DNA from: Candidatus Latescibacterota bacterium
GTDB lineage: Bacteria; Latescibacterota; UBA2968; UBA8231
Length of the DNA: 64,000 bases
Direction: 5' to 3'
Assembly (NCBI GenBank): GCA_965248265.1
Contig: CBDFJF010000002.1
Coordinates: 1,856,001 to 1,920,000, forward strand
Below, piece after piece: positions 1 through 10,317 of the stretch. Numbering within the stretch: position 1 is the first letter of the stretch; the number at the start of each line of letters is the position of its first letter. Below the pieces are notes generated by a model. The model ran no database searches. It was given only the letters and a program-made list of their open reading frames with translations, and had not been told where the DNA came from. A program made the translations under genes and the position numbers.

Positions 1-15
1 AAGTAGAATTTTCAT
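1..15 (-). CDS. 5' end of a gene running off the left edge (MKILL...)
   Basis: Minus strand reads GAGGAGGcggttATG AAA ATT CTA CTT, a strong SD followed by ATG at 15. Confidence 0.45.
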
Positions 16-151
16 AACCGCCTCCTCTGGAAGATGTTGCGAACCTACGTCAAAAGCCGTCGATTCTCAAGTGAAATTCTGAAAAGACGAAACGTGAAGA
101 TCACTCGGAGACGACTCGGGCACAGGCGTCCACGTCAGCCCCAGGCGACGG

Positions 152-313
152 TTAGGAACGATAAGCGACATTATAGATGTTACCGTCGATGCGGGGAATC
201 ATGTCATGGGGGAACTGGAAGATCTTGAACTCAGTGTCGGTGCGTTGCAGGGCCTGACTCGATGAGGTGGTCAACAACCCGGCCATCAGTGCTATACAAA
301 CTTGCTTGATCAT
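152..313 (-). pseudogene. Truncated secreted protein (signal peptide + FKIFQFPHDMIPRIDG)
   Basis: Signal peptide MIKQVCIALMAGLLTTSSSQA, then a P-x-IDG motif like that of CBM9/DOMON-like secreted proteins (cf. 55050), then a stop after 53 aa. Confidence 0.5.
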
Positions 314-371
314 GCGATCCCCACTCGTATATGTTGATCGAAGGCGTGCACTTGGGTAGCTCTTCTGTAAG

Positions 372-1829
372 GTGTGGATGATGCAGACACAAACCGGACA
401 AACCATGAGATGGTCCAGAAAGACCGTAATACTTCTGGACATCCTTCTGGTGGTTACCCCCTTTCTGCTGCTGGCAGGCCTCGAGATCTATTTGCGGCAC
501 ACGCGTTACGGCCTCGATGAAAGGCTGTTCATCCCCGCCGGCCAGACTCGGCATCAACAAAGCTCCACTTCGACGTACCAGCTCAATCAAGAGCTGCACC
601 ACAAGTATTACCCGGCTGATGATCCAATGGTCAAAAACCTGATCCCCAGGATCAGGATGAAGCAGCTGAAATCAAACGACGATTTTCGCGTTTTCTGCCT
701 TGGAGGATCGACGACAGGAGGGCCGTTCCCCGCAATACTAAACGAACTATTGATCCGCTCCGAAGTGAATAAAGTTGCAGAAGTCGTGAACCTGGGAATA
801 ACCACCTTCAACAGCTATCAGGTCCTCGACATCGCCAAAAAGCTTCCCCAATACGATCCGGACCTCCTGATCATATACATGGGGCACAACGAAATCTACG
901 GACCACTCGGTGTGGGATCGAAAGTGGCGTTGGGCACGTCCCGCGAGGTGATCAACCTGGTTTTGCGATTGCGTGAGTTCAAGATATACCAGCTGGCAAA
1001 CAGCATTTACTCATCGTTGAGAGCTTCTCCCAGTCACTCCGGAAAGGAACGAACCCCGTACAAAAGGATGGTAAACAGCTCTCTCACCCCTCGTCATCCG
1101 CTGCGGGAGCAAGCTATCGAGAATTTCACGGAGAATCTCCATGAGATTCTCTCTATCGCAGACCGTCATCAGATCCCCGTGATTGTCGGGACGATCGTTT
1201 CGAACCTTCGAGATTGGCGCCCGTTCGATTCAGAGCCACCGCCCGATACGCTCGATGTCGCCCGATGGCAACAGCTCTTGGAGAGCGGCAAGGCTGCCTT
1301 TGAGCAAAATCGCCTGGAGGAGGCGAAGCGTATCTATCAGGCCGCGATCGAGCTTTTCCCAGATCACGCCCAGACTCATTTCGATCTGGGTCACGTCTAC
1401 CTTGCCATGGGGCATCGAGACCAGGCTGAGCGATCGTTCACGACAGCAAGGGACCTGGATGTCCTGCCGATCAGAGCCCCCTCGGCGGTCAACGAAACCA
1501 TAAGGCGTGTTGCTGAGGAAGCGGACGTCGTACTAGCTGATTTCGAAGCTGTATTCCAGGATCACCATGCTGACACCGTGATGGGCAAGCCCGTGTTCTT
1601 CGAACACCTGCATCCAACAGTTCCCGGAGATTATCTGATCGCCAGCCATCTGACCAACATCATTATAGATGAGGCGTATCTAGTGGCGAAAAGGAGACTG
1701 GATTTTGATGATCCGTCACTCAAACGAGAATTGCGCATAGACCTGAGCGGAGTGAGCACGGACCGACTCGGACGGATGCTGAGGCTGTGGCCATTCAACA
1801 TCAACAACGCAGGCTATCAATTTCCGTAA
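372..1829 (+). CDS. Membrane-anchored SGNH/GDSL-like hydrolase with TPR repeats
   Basis: N-terminal TM helix; CLGGSTT, YMGHNE and FEHLHP blocks; TPR segment (AKRIYQAAIELFPDHAQTHFDLGHVY). True start may be 378-405. Confidence 0.8.
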   Translation: MWMMQTQTGQTMRWSRKTVILLDILLVVTPFLLLAGLEIYLRHTRYGLDERLFIPAGQTRHQQSSTSTYQLNQELHHKYYPADDPMVKNLIPRIRMKQLKSNDDFRVFCLGGSTTGGPFPAILNELLIRSEVNKVAEVVNLGITTFNSYQVLDIAKKLPQYDPDLLIIYMGHNEIYGPLGVGSKVALGTSREVINLVLRLREFKIYQLANSIYSSLRASPSHSGKERTPYKRMVNSSLTPRHPLREQAIENFTENLHEILSIADRHQIPVIVGTIVSNLRDWRPFDSEPPPDTLDVARWQQLLESGKAAFEQNRLEEAKRIYQAAIELFPDHAQTHFDLGHVYLAMGHRDQAERSFTTARDLDVLPIRAPSAVNETIRRVAEEADVVLADFEAVFQDHHADTVMGKPVFFEHLHPTVPGDYLIASHLTNIIIDEAYLVAKRRLDFDDPSLKRELRIDLSGVSTDRLGRMLRLWPFNINNAGYQFP

Positions 1830-1842
1830 GTGGGTCTGCTCT

Positions 1843-3210
1843 CTAGTCGCACAGGCGATAGGAATACAGGTTCGTAGCCTCGATCTCGAAGCGTAATTGT
1901 ACGACCCGCCCCACGAGTTCACTCAGATCGCTTCTTCCGCCCCAATCGATGAGGGCGTCCGTCTCGTCGCCGCAGAAAGGGGTGCAGTCCGTAGCGGCAA
2001 ACCCGGGAATGGACTGGCCTCGTTCATCCTCGATCTGCACTCTGACTCCACCGCCACTCGAGAGCTCTGGATTCGGGCCACTGGTGGCGGCGTTCAGCCG
2101 CAGCTGGCTTCCGTTGCAGTTAAAGGGACGGGTAACGACGGATCCCGGACTCGTGGCGTCGAAGGAGCAGAAGCCATCAAGTCGGAAAGTGGCCAGACCG
2201 ATGCGGCCGTCCTGATCAACGGCCAGTGCGTGGTGGGGCACTGTCAGGCCGCAGTAGTACAGCCAGAGCTGGCCGTCTTTCTCCACCGGCACCGTCGACG
2301 GATAGATCTGCGCCGAATCGAACGCCCCGCCGTGGTACTGATTGGTCTGGACCAGATGCATGAACAGCTTGCGGTCGGCCGTGCGGTCCCAGCTCAGGCC
2401 GTCGCGACTGGACACCACCTGCACATCCAATGTGTGCGGGTAGGTGTGGTAGACCCACAGCAGACCCAGGTACTGGCCGGCGTAGGGAAAGGCCGACAGT
2501 CCGTAGAACTGTGTGTCTGGTGGGTCGAATGCATCAGGCGCCAGCACGAGGCGGCTCTGACCCCAGTGCACGAAGTCGTCGCTGACCATCCGCGCCACCA
2601 GGCGCAGCGGCCGGGAGGGGGTGCGCGCCTTGTGATAGAGCCAGTACTGGCCCGACACCGGATCGCGCATGACGCTGCACGTGTCACCGGTGGCCCGGCG
2701 CGGCACCACCGGGTTCTCATCGCACAGCTTCCAATGCACGCCGTCCGGTGAGAAGGCAGCGTACATCCCGGACCCATCCACCGGCCAGTAGAGCAGCTTG
2801 TACCGCCTGTCGGCGTCGGCGTCCGCATCGTCCTTGAGGACGCAATGGGTCCACGACACGTTCTGGAGCTGGATGTTGTTCGCCGTCGAGCCCTGGAATT
2901 CGACGAAGCCCAGCTCCGGTTTGTCCCAATGGAGGCCGTCGGTCGAGGTCGCGTAGCAGAGGTTGTACCCGGCGTCCGGCTTGTCCCGACTCGGCTGGGA
3001 GTTGTACCACATCTGGAAGCGCTCGTTCTCCTCGTCGTAGACGACCGTTCCGGGCTGCAGAACCACGTAGCCCTCCCAGTCCCGGTCGGCGACGAGTACC
3101 GGGTTGTCCCGGTGTTTGACGGGGTGATGGAGCGAACGCCAGACGTTGTCGGTGTGGGCGACCATGGCATCGTCAGCGAAGATGTGCTTCTCCCTACACC
3201 TTGGACTCAT
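1843..3210 (-). CDS. GH32/GH43-like five-bladed beta-propeller protein
   Basis: YATSTDGLHW, SPDGVHW and SRDGLSW Asp-box-like repeats; RLDGF motif; C-terminal beta-sandwich ending LYSYRL. Confidence 0.75.
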   Translation of the reverse strand: MSPRCREKHIFADDAMVAHTDNVWRSLHHPVKHRDNPVLVADRDWEGYVVLQPGTVVYDEENERFQMWYNSQPSRDKPDAGYNLCYATSTDGLHWDKPELGFVEFQGSTANNIQLQNVSWTHCVLKDDADADADRRYKLLYWPVDGSGMYAAFSPDGVHWKLCDENPVVPRRATGDTCSVMRDPVSGQYWLYHKARTPSRPLRLVARMVSDDFVHWGQSRLVLAPDAFDPPDTQFYGLSAFPYAGQYLGLLWVYHTYPHTLDVQVVSSRDGLSWDRTADRKLFMHLVQTNQYHGGAFDSAQIYPSTVPVEKDGQLWLYYCGLTVPHHALAVDQDGRIGLATFRLDGFCSFDATSPGSVVTRPFNCNGSQLRLNAATSGPNPELSSGGGVRVQIEDERGQSIPGFAATDCTPFCGDETDALIDWGGRSDLSELVGRVVQLRFEIEATNLYSYRLCD

Positions 3211-4699
3211 CTCTACCTCGGAGCCGCCTGAACTGCATGCTGTACAGGTCAGCGTCGCTCAGTGCGAAGCGCAGGCGCAGAGGCCTACCGATCAGAGCGC
3301 TGACGTCGCCGGCCCCGTTCCAGGTGACGGTGTGGTCCAGGTAGTCACCGAAGATCTCGTCGCAGTCGCTGAGGCTGTACCCCTTCAGTGCCTTGCCGTC
3401 GGCGTCCTGGATCTCGACGCGGGCGGAGCCGGCGGCGGAGGTGCTGACGTTCAGACTCAGGGCCATCGCCGGGCTCGAGAAGGTGAAGGGCCGGGTGATC
3501 AACTCGCCCCCACGGAGGGGCGCGTTGGCGGCAACGAAGCCGTCCATGCGCAGCGTGAAGCGTCGCAGGCAGGCGACTTCGTTGCTGTAATACGCCTCGC
3601 TGGTGAAAATGGATAGCTCCTTTGGAGCTGTCTCCAGGTGGTTCTTGGTCTCCAGAATGCCCCAGGCCGTCATGTTGTTCCGGGTCTCCCAGCGCTCCCG
3701 CTGAGGCCCGGGGCGTACGAAGGCCTCGTCCCAGCGCTTGAAATGCAGGCCGTCGCGGCTGCTCATGAACACGCCGTCCGACAGGCCGATCGCCATGTTG
3801 CCGACGACGCTGCGATCCGGCATGAGACGCTTCGGGAAGCCGACGTAGATGTGCGGAGCCCGGTAGTAAGGAGTCACCGCGTTGGTGTAGAGATGGTCGA
3901 GGCGCGCCTCACCGTAGTCGAGCAGCTGCCCCTTGGTCCAGCGGCGGTAGTCCTTCGAGGTCGTCGTCATGATCTGGCGATAGCGCACGCCGTCGGGGTA
4001 GATGGAGTCGCGGTAGAATCCGACGTAGCAGCCGCGCTGCCGATCCCAGAAGGTCGTGTTCTGGGAGTCAAAGACGTTGACACCCATCGTGTGATCCATC
4101 ACCGGCTTGTCCGATATCAGGCTCCAGTGCACGCCGTCGGACGATTTCAAGGCGAGGAGGGCCTGCTCCTCGTGGTTGCTGGCGTGCGGGCTGCCCAGGG
4201 CTTTGTACTCCTCGCCCTTGCGGCAGTCCGGGTTGCGGTCGCGAAAGGGAGTGAAGTTCATCGATGCGGGGCCGTCCCAGACGATGTTGTTGCGCGTCGA
4301 GCCCATGTAGCTCACGATGCCCAGCTCCGGCCGGTTCCACTCGATACCGTCACGGCTCTCGGCATAACAGACTACCGGCTTGTAGCCTCCGTCGTGGTAA
4401 TGCGAGCCGCGGTAGTACATGCGAAACAGGTTGCCGACCTGGAACACGGTGTGGTAGCCGCAGGTGTTGCCCTCCCAGGGAGCGTCGTGCTCGATCGCCA
4501 CGTTGCGCGGCACCGGCTTCTGCAGGCGCAGCTCGACGCGGTCGAGCCGATCGATCAGATAGTCATCGACGAACAGCTCGCGCCGGTCGCCGAGCTCGAT
4601 TACGCCAGCCGGGGCGGTTCCCGCACGGGCTTTGCTTGCCGTCGTCTTCTTCTTCGTTTTTGCTGCCTTCCTTTTTGCCATTCCAGGTTCCTTCCTCAC
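3194..4699 (-). CDS. GH32/GH43-like beta-propeller protein
   Basis: RELFVDDYLID start, YAESRDGIEW, FDSQN, RMDGF, DADLYSMQF; overlaps the next gene by 17 bp. Confidence 0.78.
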   Translation of the reverse strand: MRKEPGMAKRKAAKTKKKTTASKARAGTAPAGVIELGDRRELFVDDYLIDRLDRVELRLQKPVPRNVAIEHDAPWEGNTCGYHTVFQVGNLFRMYYRGSHYHDGGYKPVVCYAESRDGIEWNRPELGIVSYMGSTRNNIVWDGPASMNFTPFRDRNPDCRKGEEYKALGSPHASNHEEQALLALKSSDGVHWSLISDKPVMDHTMGVNVFDSQNTTFWDRQRGCYVGFYRDSIYPDGVRYRQIMTTTSKDYRRWTKGQLLDYGEARLDHLYTNAVTPYYRAPHIYVGFPKRLMPDRSVVGNMAIGLSDGVFMSSRDGLHFKRWDEAFVRPGPQRERWETRNNMTAWGILETKNHLETAPKELSIFTSEAYYSNEVACLRRFTLRMDGFVAANAPLRGGELITRPFTFSSPAMALSLNVSTSAAGSARVEIQDADGKALKGYSLSDCDEIFGDYLDHTVTWNGAGDVSALIGRPLRLRFALSDADLYSMQFRRLRGRDESKV

Positions 4700-4785
4700 T
4701 CAGGCGTGACTCCGCCGACAAGCTGTGCCGGCATCTGCGAGCGGCTAACGTAGGCCAATGTCGCTGAGTGGACCAGGGAAGGCGC

Positions 4786-6750
4786 TCAGACCTGGGTCAG
4801 GAAGCTGCCAGTGCTGCCGGTGATGTAGTCGACGATCAGGAACAGTCCGGCGGCGACGATCTCACCCAGGATCAGTCCCAAAAAGAGGGGCCGCAGGTTG
4901 CGGTACAGGCGCACGCCTCCGTAGCGCAGGATCAGCAGCTTCAGGATCCAGGCCAGCAGCGCGCTGCAGAAGATGTGGCCCGTCTTCCAGTTGGCGGCGA
5001 TGGCGAACCCGAGCGGGCTGAGCGGCCACCATACGAACTGGTGGCGCGCCCACATGAGCGCTGACATCACGCCCGCGCCGATGCCCATGAACTGCAAGGC
5101 GTCCCAGCGCGGTCCTTCGGGTTCGGCCGTGATGCGCGGCGTCATGTCCATGGGTCCGAAATGGGTGGACTGCCATGAGAAGAACAGGGAATTGAGATTG
5201 ATGCCGCCGTGCTCGTACGCCATGACCAGGGTGACGTAGGAGGAGCCGGCCAGGGTGACGAGGACGGCCACGACAATGGCCCAGAACAGGCGGCGTTTCG
5301 GGCCGTGGATGACCTCACTCATCTTCAGTCCGTTGGCGACCGAGGACATTACGAAGGAGCGAACCTCGGCGTGCCAGCCGTAGGAGAAACCGAGCGCCAT
5401 CAGCCCCGGGGCGCCGATGTTGGCGGTGCCAACTGTCGAGATCACGAAGGTCGAGGTCATCAAGGGCGGACGCATGGTCGGGATGCCGCCCTCGGCCACC
5501 ACCCGGGTCAATCCCAGGAACAGGACCATGGCGCCGAAGACGAACAGCACCGCCACCAGGAAGGGCAGACCGATCATCCACAGCCAGATGGCGACGGCCA
5601 GCAGGCTGCCCAGGAGCCCAAAAAACGCCTGCCGATAGGAGAGGATCTCGCCGCTGTCATCGACCTCCTGTAATCCCCTCACGGCCTTTGCCACTACATC
5701 GCGCAGATGCCGCCGCGCCACCCACAGACCGACGAGGACGAAGGCGATCATCGCCCCGAAGCCCTGGTGGGCCAGGAAGGGATCTTCCCTTGAGTAGAAG
5801 TCGACCCGCTGGGTGCTGAGTATGCCGACCTCGTTGAAGATGCCATGCTGCAGCCTGGCGAGGATGTAGAAGAACCAGATCGAGGCCAGGATGTCGAGGT
5901 TGACGAAATAGAAGAACCCGGTCCAGGGTGGGCTGAAGTAGAAGCTGAGCCTGGTGTTGCCGAGCAGGGGCAGGCCCACGGCGCGCTCGAAGCCCGGAAA
6001 CTCCGGGTAGTAGGAGTGCACGCCGTTGATGGCCAGCAGGAGAAACGAGAAAGCAAACCCCAACCACATCGCTTTGTTGGTGAAGAACGAGCGGCCAACG
6101 GCACCGCCATCCTCGCGCTGGAGCATCTCCATCGGTACCTGCACCAGGGGGTAGGCGAGCTTCTCGTGGTCGACCCACTGCTTGCGCAGGATGACCATGG
6201 TGCAGATCATGGCGAACCCGAGGGCGAGGAAGAAGCCGAACCACAAGCTCAGAGGCACGACCCAGGCTTCCCACGGGATCGAGGCACCCTCGGGCAGCCC
6301 CTCGAAGAAGTAGCGCGCCACCTCGTTGCCCCGCGGGATCATCCACTCGGGTATGTACTGGTTGTAAACCCCGTCCCAGTCGTTCTCGGGTGTGGCGTAG
6401 TAGGTCGACCCGAGGAGGCAGGGGATCATGAACTGGGTGAAGCCCATACCGGGAATGCAGCAGGCCACCACCAGCATGATGTAGATGGTGACCAGCTCAG
6501 AACGGGTCAACGCCAACCAGCGGTGGAGGAGGCCGACAACGCCGTTGGCCAGGACGAGGAGGAAGATGAAGAAGAGGGCAGCCGGGGTGCTGAAGTTCAG
6601 GGTCAGGTAGGAGCCCATGATCGCGTTCGTCGCGTAGGTATCGCATACGCTGAGAACGAGAGACAGCGCTGCCCCGATCAGGATGCCCCGCAGCGGTATC
6701 CCCTGCAGATCCGGCCCGTGTCGTCGGTCCTCCCGAGGAGGCGCCGTCAT
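4786..6750 (-). CDS. DUF6785/DUF6784-type polytopic membrane protein (putative transporter)
   Basis: Many TM helices; YYATPENDW, RKQWVDHEKLAYPL, RVVAEGG, WWPLSPLGF, LRYGG..LYRNLRPLFLGLILGE motifs. Confidence 0.78.
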   Translation of the reverse strand: MTAPPREDRRHGPDLQGIPLRGILIGAALSLVLSVCDTYATNAIMGSYLTLNFSTPAALFFIFLLVLANGVVGLLHRWLALTRSELVTIYIMLVVACCIPGMGFTQFMIPCLLGSTYYATPENDWDGVYNQYIPEWMIPRGNEVARYFFEGLPEGASIPWEAWVVPLSLWFGFFLALGFAMICTMVILRKQWVDHEKLAYPLVQVPMEMLQREDGGAVGRSFFTNKAMWLGFAFSFLLLAINGVHSYYPEFPGFERAVGLPLLGNTRLSFYFSPPWTGFFYFVNLDILASIWFFYILARLQHGIFNEVGILSTQRVDFYSREDPFLAHQGFGAMIAFVLVGLWVARRHLRDVVAKAVRGLQEVDDSGEILSYRQAFFGLLGSLLAVAIWLWMIGLPFLVAVLFVFGAMVLFLGLTRVVAEGGIPTMRPPLMTSTFVISTVGTANIGAPGLMALGFSYGWHAEVRSFVMSSVANGLKMSEVIHGPKRRLFWAIVVAVLVTLAGSSYVTLVMAYEHGGINLNSLFFSWQSTHFGPMDMTPRITAEPEGPRWDALQFMGIGAGVMSALMWARHQFVWWPLSPLGFAIAANWKTGHIFCSALLAWILKLLILRYGGVRLYRNLRPLFLGLILGEIVAAGLFLIVDYITGSTGSFLTQV

Positions 6751-6941
6751 CTGGGACGTGGCTGGGGGGAGTGCGTCACGAGGTGGCGAGGGATGTACGG
6801 CCGCAACCCAAATTGAGTAAAGCCAGTGTCCATCCCTTCGTCATTCTCCTCTGCGTTCGCCTAATGACGCTACGGTTGGTCTACTACCCCAGTCGAATCT
6901 ACGGGGACCGATCGAGTCCGAGCAACTCTCCCTGCCGCATG

Positions 6942-8176
6942 TGACGGTTCGCTGGTTGAGTTGCGTCTACTTATGTTGAATCGCCAGTGTTCACGGATAT
7001 CAGTGCCTCGTCGCGAGGTGACATCAAACTCATAACCAGTGGGGCTTGCTCTGATGGCTCAGATTCTAACTCGCCACACCGTCGTCCGCGACGGCTGGCA
7101 CAACATGTGTACGGACCTCTGCTTCTGGCAGGACACCTTCTGGCTCGCCCACGCTCGGCCGTCCGCACACAGCTCCCCAGACGGCCTCGTCGTCCTGCAC
7201 CGGTCGGCAGACCTGCTACGCTGGAGCGAGGTCGCCGTATTCAAGGGGACGTGCGATTTGAGAGATCCGGCGCTGGTGGGCACCGACGACGAGCTCTTCC
7301 TGTTCGCCATCGACAGCCACTATGAGCTGGAGGCGAGCGGAAAGGAGCGGGAGATAGCCGACACCTACGTCTTCGCATCGAAGGACGGCTACCGGTGGTC
7401 GGAGCCGGAGAAGGCATATGAAAAGAACTACTGGCTGTGGCGCGTGCGGGAGCACAAAGGAACCTTCTACAGCCCGGAAAAGGGAGGCGAGCTCTTGTCC
7501 AGCCCGGACGGCCGCACATGGTCATTCCTGTCGAGGATTGCCGATGATGGGATGAGCGAGCAGGAGCGCCAGGAGCTGCGCAAGGTAGAGCACCGTATGA
7601 CGCCGAACTTCAACGAAGCGGACGTCATCTTCCGGCCGGACGGGGAGCTGTGGTGTGTCTCGCGTACTAAGCGGGAGGGCCATCATTCGCTCCTATACAT
7701 TTCCAAACCGCCATACGAGGACTGGGAGTCCGTGGACCTCAAGGCGATGATCCACTGCCCGGCGCTGTGTGAGTCGGGGGGGAAGGTTTATGTGGCCGGG
7801 CGCCGTGCTACCGACACTCCGTGGATTCCGCAGCACTCGCCGCCGGGTAACACGGCGATCTTCCTGCTGGACCGCAACGGGGTGACGCCGGTGTTCGCGC
7901 TGCCGAGCAGCGGCGACGCGGCCTATCCGGGCCTTGTCTCGATCGAGGAGGACCGGCTGATCATCAGCTACTACTCGCAGCACGCCTATCTGAGCGGGGT
8001 GATCGAGGGCGAGAAGAGGTCCCTGCACCACATCGAGCGGTGGGCCTCTCTCAATCGTGCAGCACCGCCGCCCGACTACCCTCTGGAGCTGTCGCACTTC
8101 AAGAACGGGCCTGCCGACATCTACGTCGCCGAAATTGACCTGACGGCCGAGGGCGCGGAGCTGTCATTCTGACGAT
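6942..8176 (+). repeat. ~1.23-kb direct repeat, copy 1 (gene plus upstream region)
   Basis: Aligns with 9089-10317, including the leader cagtgcctcgtcgcgaggt...actcataaccagtggggcttgctctgATG and the end ctgtcattctgacgat. Confidence 0.9.
7054..8172 (+). CDS. BNR/Asp-box sialidase-like beta-propeller protein
   Basis: HNMCTDL, SKDGYRW, SPDGRTW, LPSSGDAAYPG and IISYYSQH motifs. Confidence 0.75.
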   Translation: MAQILTRHTVVRDGWHNMCTDLCFWQDTFWLAHARPSAHSSPDGLVVLHRSADLLRWSEVAVFKGTCDLRDPALVGTDDELFLFAIDSHYELEASGKEREIADTYVFASKDGYRWSEPEKAYEKNYWLWRVREHKGTFYSPEKGGELLSSPDGRTWSFLSRIADDGMSEQERQELRKVEHRMTPNFNEADVIFRPDGELWCVSRTKREGHHSLLYISKPPYEDWESVDLKAMIHCPALCESGGKVYVAGRRATDTPWIPQHSPPGNTAIFLLDRNGVTPVFALPSSGDAAYPGLVSIEEDRLIISYYSQHAYLSGVIEGEKRSLHHIERWASLNRAAPPPDYPLELSHFKNGPADIYVAEIDLTAEGAELSF

Positions 8177-8230
8177 TGGTGCGTGTCGCCTGTGTGTCCG
8201 CTAGTAATCAGTAGCGGAGAATGGGGAATT

Positions 8231-9091
8231 ATGGCTGTTCTGAGTAAGGAAGATTGGGCGTTTTGGGAGGAGAATGGGTATGTGGTCGTGCCCGACGCCG
8301 TGCCGCAAGAGAATCTCGACGCCACAGTCGATGCAATCTGGACTTTTTTAGAGATCGACCGGGACGATCGGGAGCAGTGGTACGGGCACAAGCCCTATAC
8401 GCGCGAGGATTATGGCAGCTCGCCAATTTCGGCGGGAGGGATTGTGGAGATTTACCAGCACCAGGCGTTGTGGGACAATCGGCAGTATCCCGAGGTCCAT
8501 CAGGCCTTTTCTGAGATTTGGGGGACCGAGAAGTTGTGGGTGTCGGTGGACCGGGCGTGTATGAAGCCGCCGGCGCGGGAGGATAACCCGGAGTATAGCA
8601 ATAAGGGGTTTATCCACTGGGATGTGGATACGGCTAACCATCCGGTCCCCTTTGGGGTGCAGGGCGTGTTGTACCTGACCGATACGGCGGAGGACCAGGG
8701 GGGGTTCCAGTGCGTGCCGGGCTTTCACCGGATGTTCGACGAATGGGTCAAGACGCAACCGGAGGATCGCCATACGCGGCGGCCCGATCTGCAGGGATTG
8801 GAGGTCAAACCGATTGCGGGCCAGGCGGGAGATTTGTTGATCTGGCATCGGATGCTGGCGCACGGCAATGGCCCCAATCGATCGGACAGACCGCGGATGG
8901 CCCAGTATATCAACATGTCGCCGGCGGGAAACGGCAAAGAGAAGCGGCAGCAGCTGATCGAGGGTTGGCAGGAGCGGCGGGCGACGGCCGGCTGGCCGGG
9001 AGACGACCGCGATTGGGAGCACAAACATCAGGAGCCGGCGGTGTTGACCGAGCTGGGTCGCAAGCTGCTCGGCGTGGATTCGTGGAGTTGA
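8231..9091 (+). CDS. Phytanoyl-CoA dioxygenase (PhyH) family protein
   Basis: FWEENGYVVV, HxD (IHWD), GGFQCVPG, AGDLLIW and distal His (LAHGNGPN..RPR). Confidence 0.88.
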   Translation: MAVLSKEDWAFWEENGYVVVPDAVPQENLDATVDAIWTFLEIDRDDREQWYGHKPYTREDYGSSPISAGGIVEIYQHQALWDNRQYPEVHQAFSEIWGTEKLWVSVDRACMKPPAREDNPEYSNKGFIHWDVDTANHPVPFGVQGVLYLTDTAEDQGGFQCVPGFHRMFDEWVKTQPEDRHTRRPDLQGLEVKPIAGQAGDLLIWHRMLAHGNGPNRSDRPRMAQYINMSPAGNGKEKRQQLIEGWQERRATAGWPGDDRDWEHKHQEPAVLTELGRKLLGVDSWS

Positions 9092-10317
9092 CGGTTCGAC
9101 GGCTGAATTTCGTCTACTTATCTTGAGCTGTTCTCCGATAGCAGTGCCTCGTCGCGAGGTACCACCACACTCATAACCAGTGGGGCTTGCTCTGATGGCC
9201 AAGATTCTAACTCACCACACCGTCGTCCGCGATGGCTGGCACAATATGTGTACGGACCTTTGCCACTGGCAGGACACCTTTTGGCTCGTCCATACCCGGA
9301 CCTCCGCGCACACCTCGCCGGACGGCGTCGTCGTCCTGCACCGATCGGCGGACCTGCTACGCTGGGAAGAGGTCGCGGTATTCAAGACGCCGAACGGTGC
9401 AGGGGATCCGAAGCTGGTGGCCACCGACGACGAGCTCTTCGTGTTCGTCATTGACAGCCACTTTGAACTGGAGGCGAGCGGACGGGAGCGGCAGATAGCC
9501 GACACCTACGTCTTCGTTTCGGACGACGGCTACAGGTGGTCGGCGCCGACGAAGGCATATGACAGAAACTACTGGCTGTGGCGCGTGCGGGTGCACGATG
9601 GAATCTTCTACTGCCCCGAAAAGGGAGGCGAGCTCCTGTCCAGCCCGGACGGCCGCGAGTGGTCATCCGTCTCGAGGATTGCCGATGATGGGATGAGCGA
9701 GCAGGAGCGGCAGGAGCTGCGCCAGGTAGAGCACCGCATGACGCCGAACTTCAACGAGGCGGACGTCATCTTCCGGCCCGACGGGGAGCTGTGGTGTGTC
9801 TCGCGCACGAAACGGGACGGCCACCATTCGCTCCTCTACATTTCCAAGCCACCATACGAAGACTGGGAGTGCGTGGACCTCGAGGCGATGATCCACTGCC
9901 CGGCGCTGTGTGAGTCGGGGGGGAAGGTCTATGTATCCGGGCGCCGCGACACTAGCACAGCCTGGATTCCGCAACACTCGCCGCCGGGCAACACGGCGAT
10001 CTTCCTGTTGGACCGCAACGGAGTGACGCCGGTGTTCGCGCTGCCGAGCAGCGGCGACGCGGCCTATCCGGGCCTTGTCTCGATCGAGGAGGACCGGCTG
10101 ATCATCAGCTACTACTCGCAACACGCCTATCTGAGCGGGGTGATCGAGGGCGAGAAGAGGTCCCTGCACCACATCGAGCGGTGGGGCCGTCTCCGGCGGT
10201 CAGCGCCCCCACCCGACTACCCGCTCGAGCTGTCGTACTTCAAGAATGGGCCTGCCGACGTTTACGTCGCCGAAATCGACCTGACGGCCGAGGGCGCAGA
10301 ACTGTCATTCTGACGAT
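9089..10317 (+). repeat. ~1.23-kb direct repeat, copy 2
   Basis: Paralogous to 6942-8176, with the 3' half nearly identical. Confidence 0.9.
9195..10313 (+). CDS. BNR/Asp-box sialidase-like protein (paralog of 7054)
   Basis: Same length and motifs as 7054..8172. Confidence 0.75.
   Translation: MAKILTHHTVVRDGWHNMCTDLCHWQDTFWLVHTRTSAHTSPDGVVVLHRSADLLRWEEVAVFKTPNGAGDPKLVATDDELFVFVIDSHFELEASGRERQIADTYVFVSDDGYRWSAPTKAYDRNYWLWRVRVHDGIFYCPEKGGELLSSPDGREWSSVSRIADDGMSEQERQELRQVEHRMTPNFNEADVIFRPDGELWCVSRTKRDGHHSLLYISKPPYEDWECVDLEAMIHCPALCESGGKVYVSGRRDTSTAWIPQHSPPGNTAIFLLDRNGVTPVFALPSSGDAAYPGLVSIEEDRLIISYYSQHAYLSGVIEGEKRSLHHIERWGRLRRSAPPPDYPLELSYFKNGPADVYVAEIDLTAEGAELSF

Noticed and set aside
100-170. 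attC-like site at the left edge
   Set aside because: GTTAGG is present, but there is no matching inner inverted repeat.
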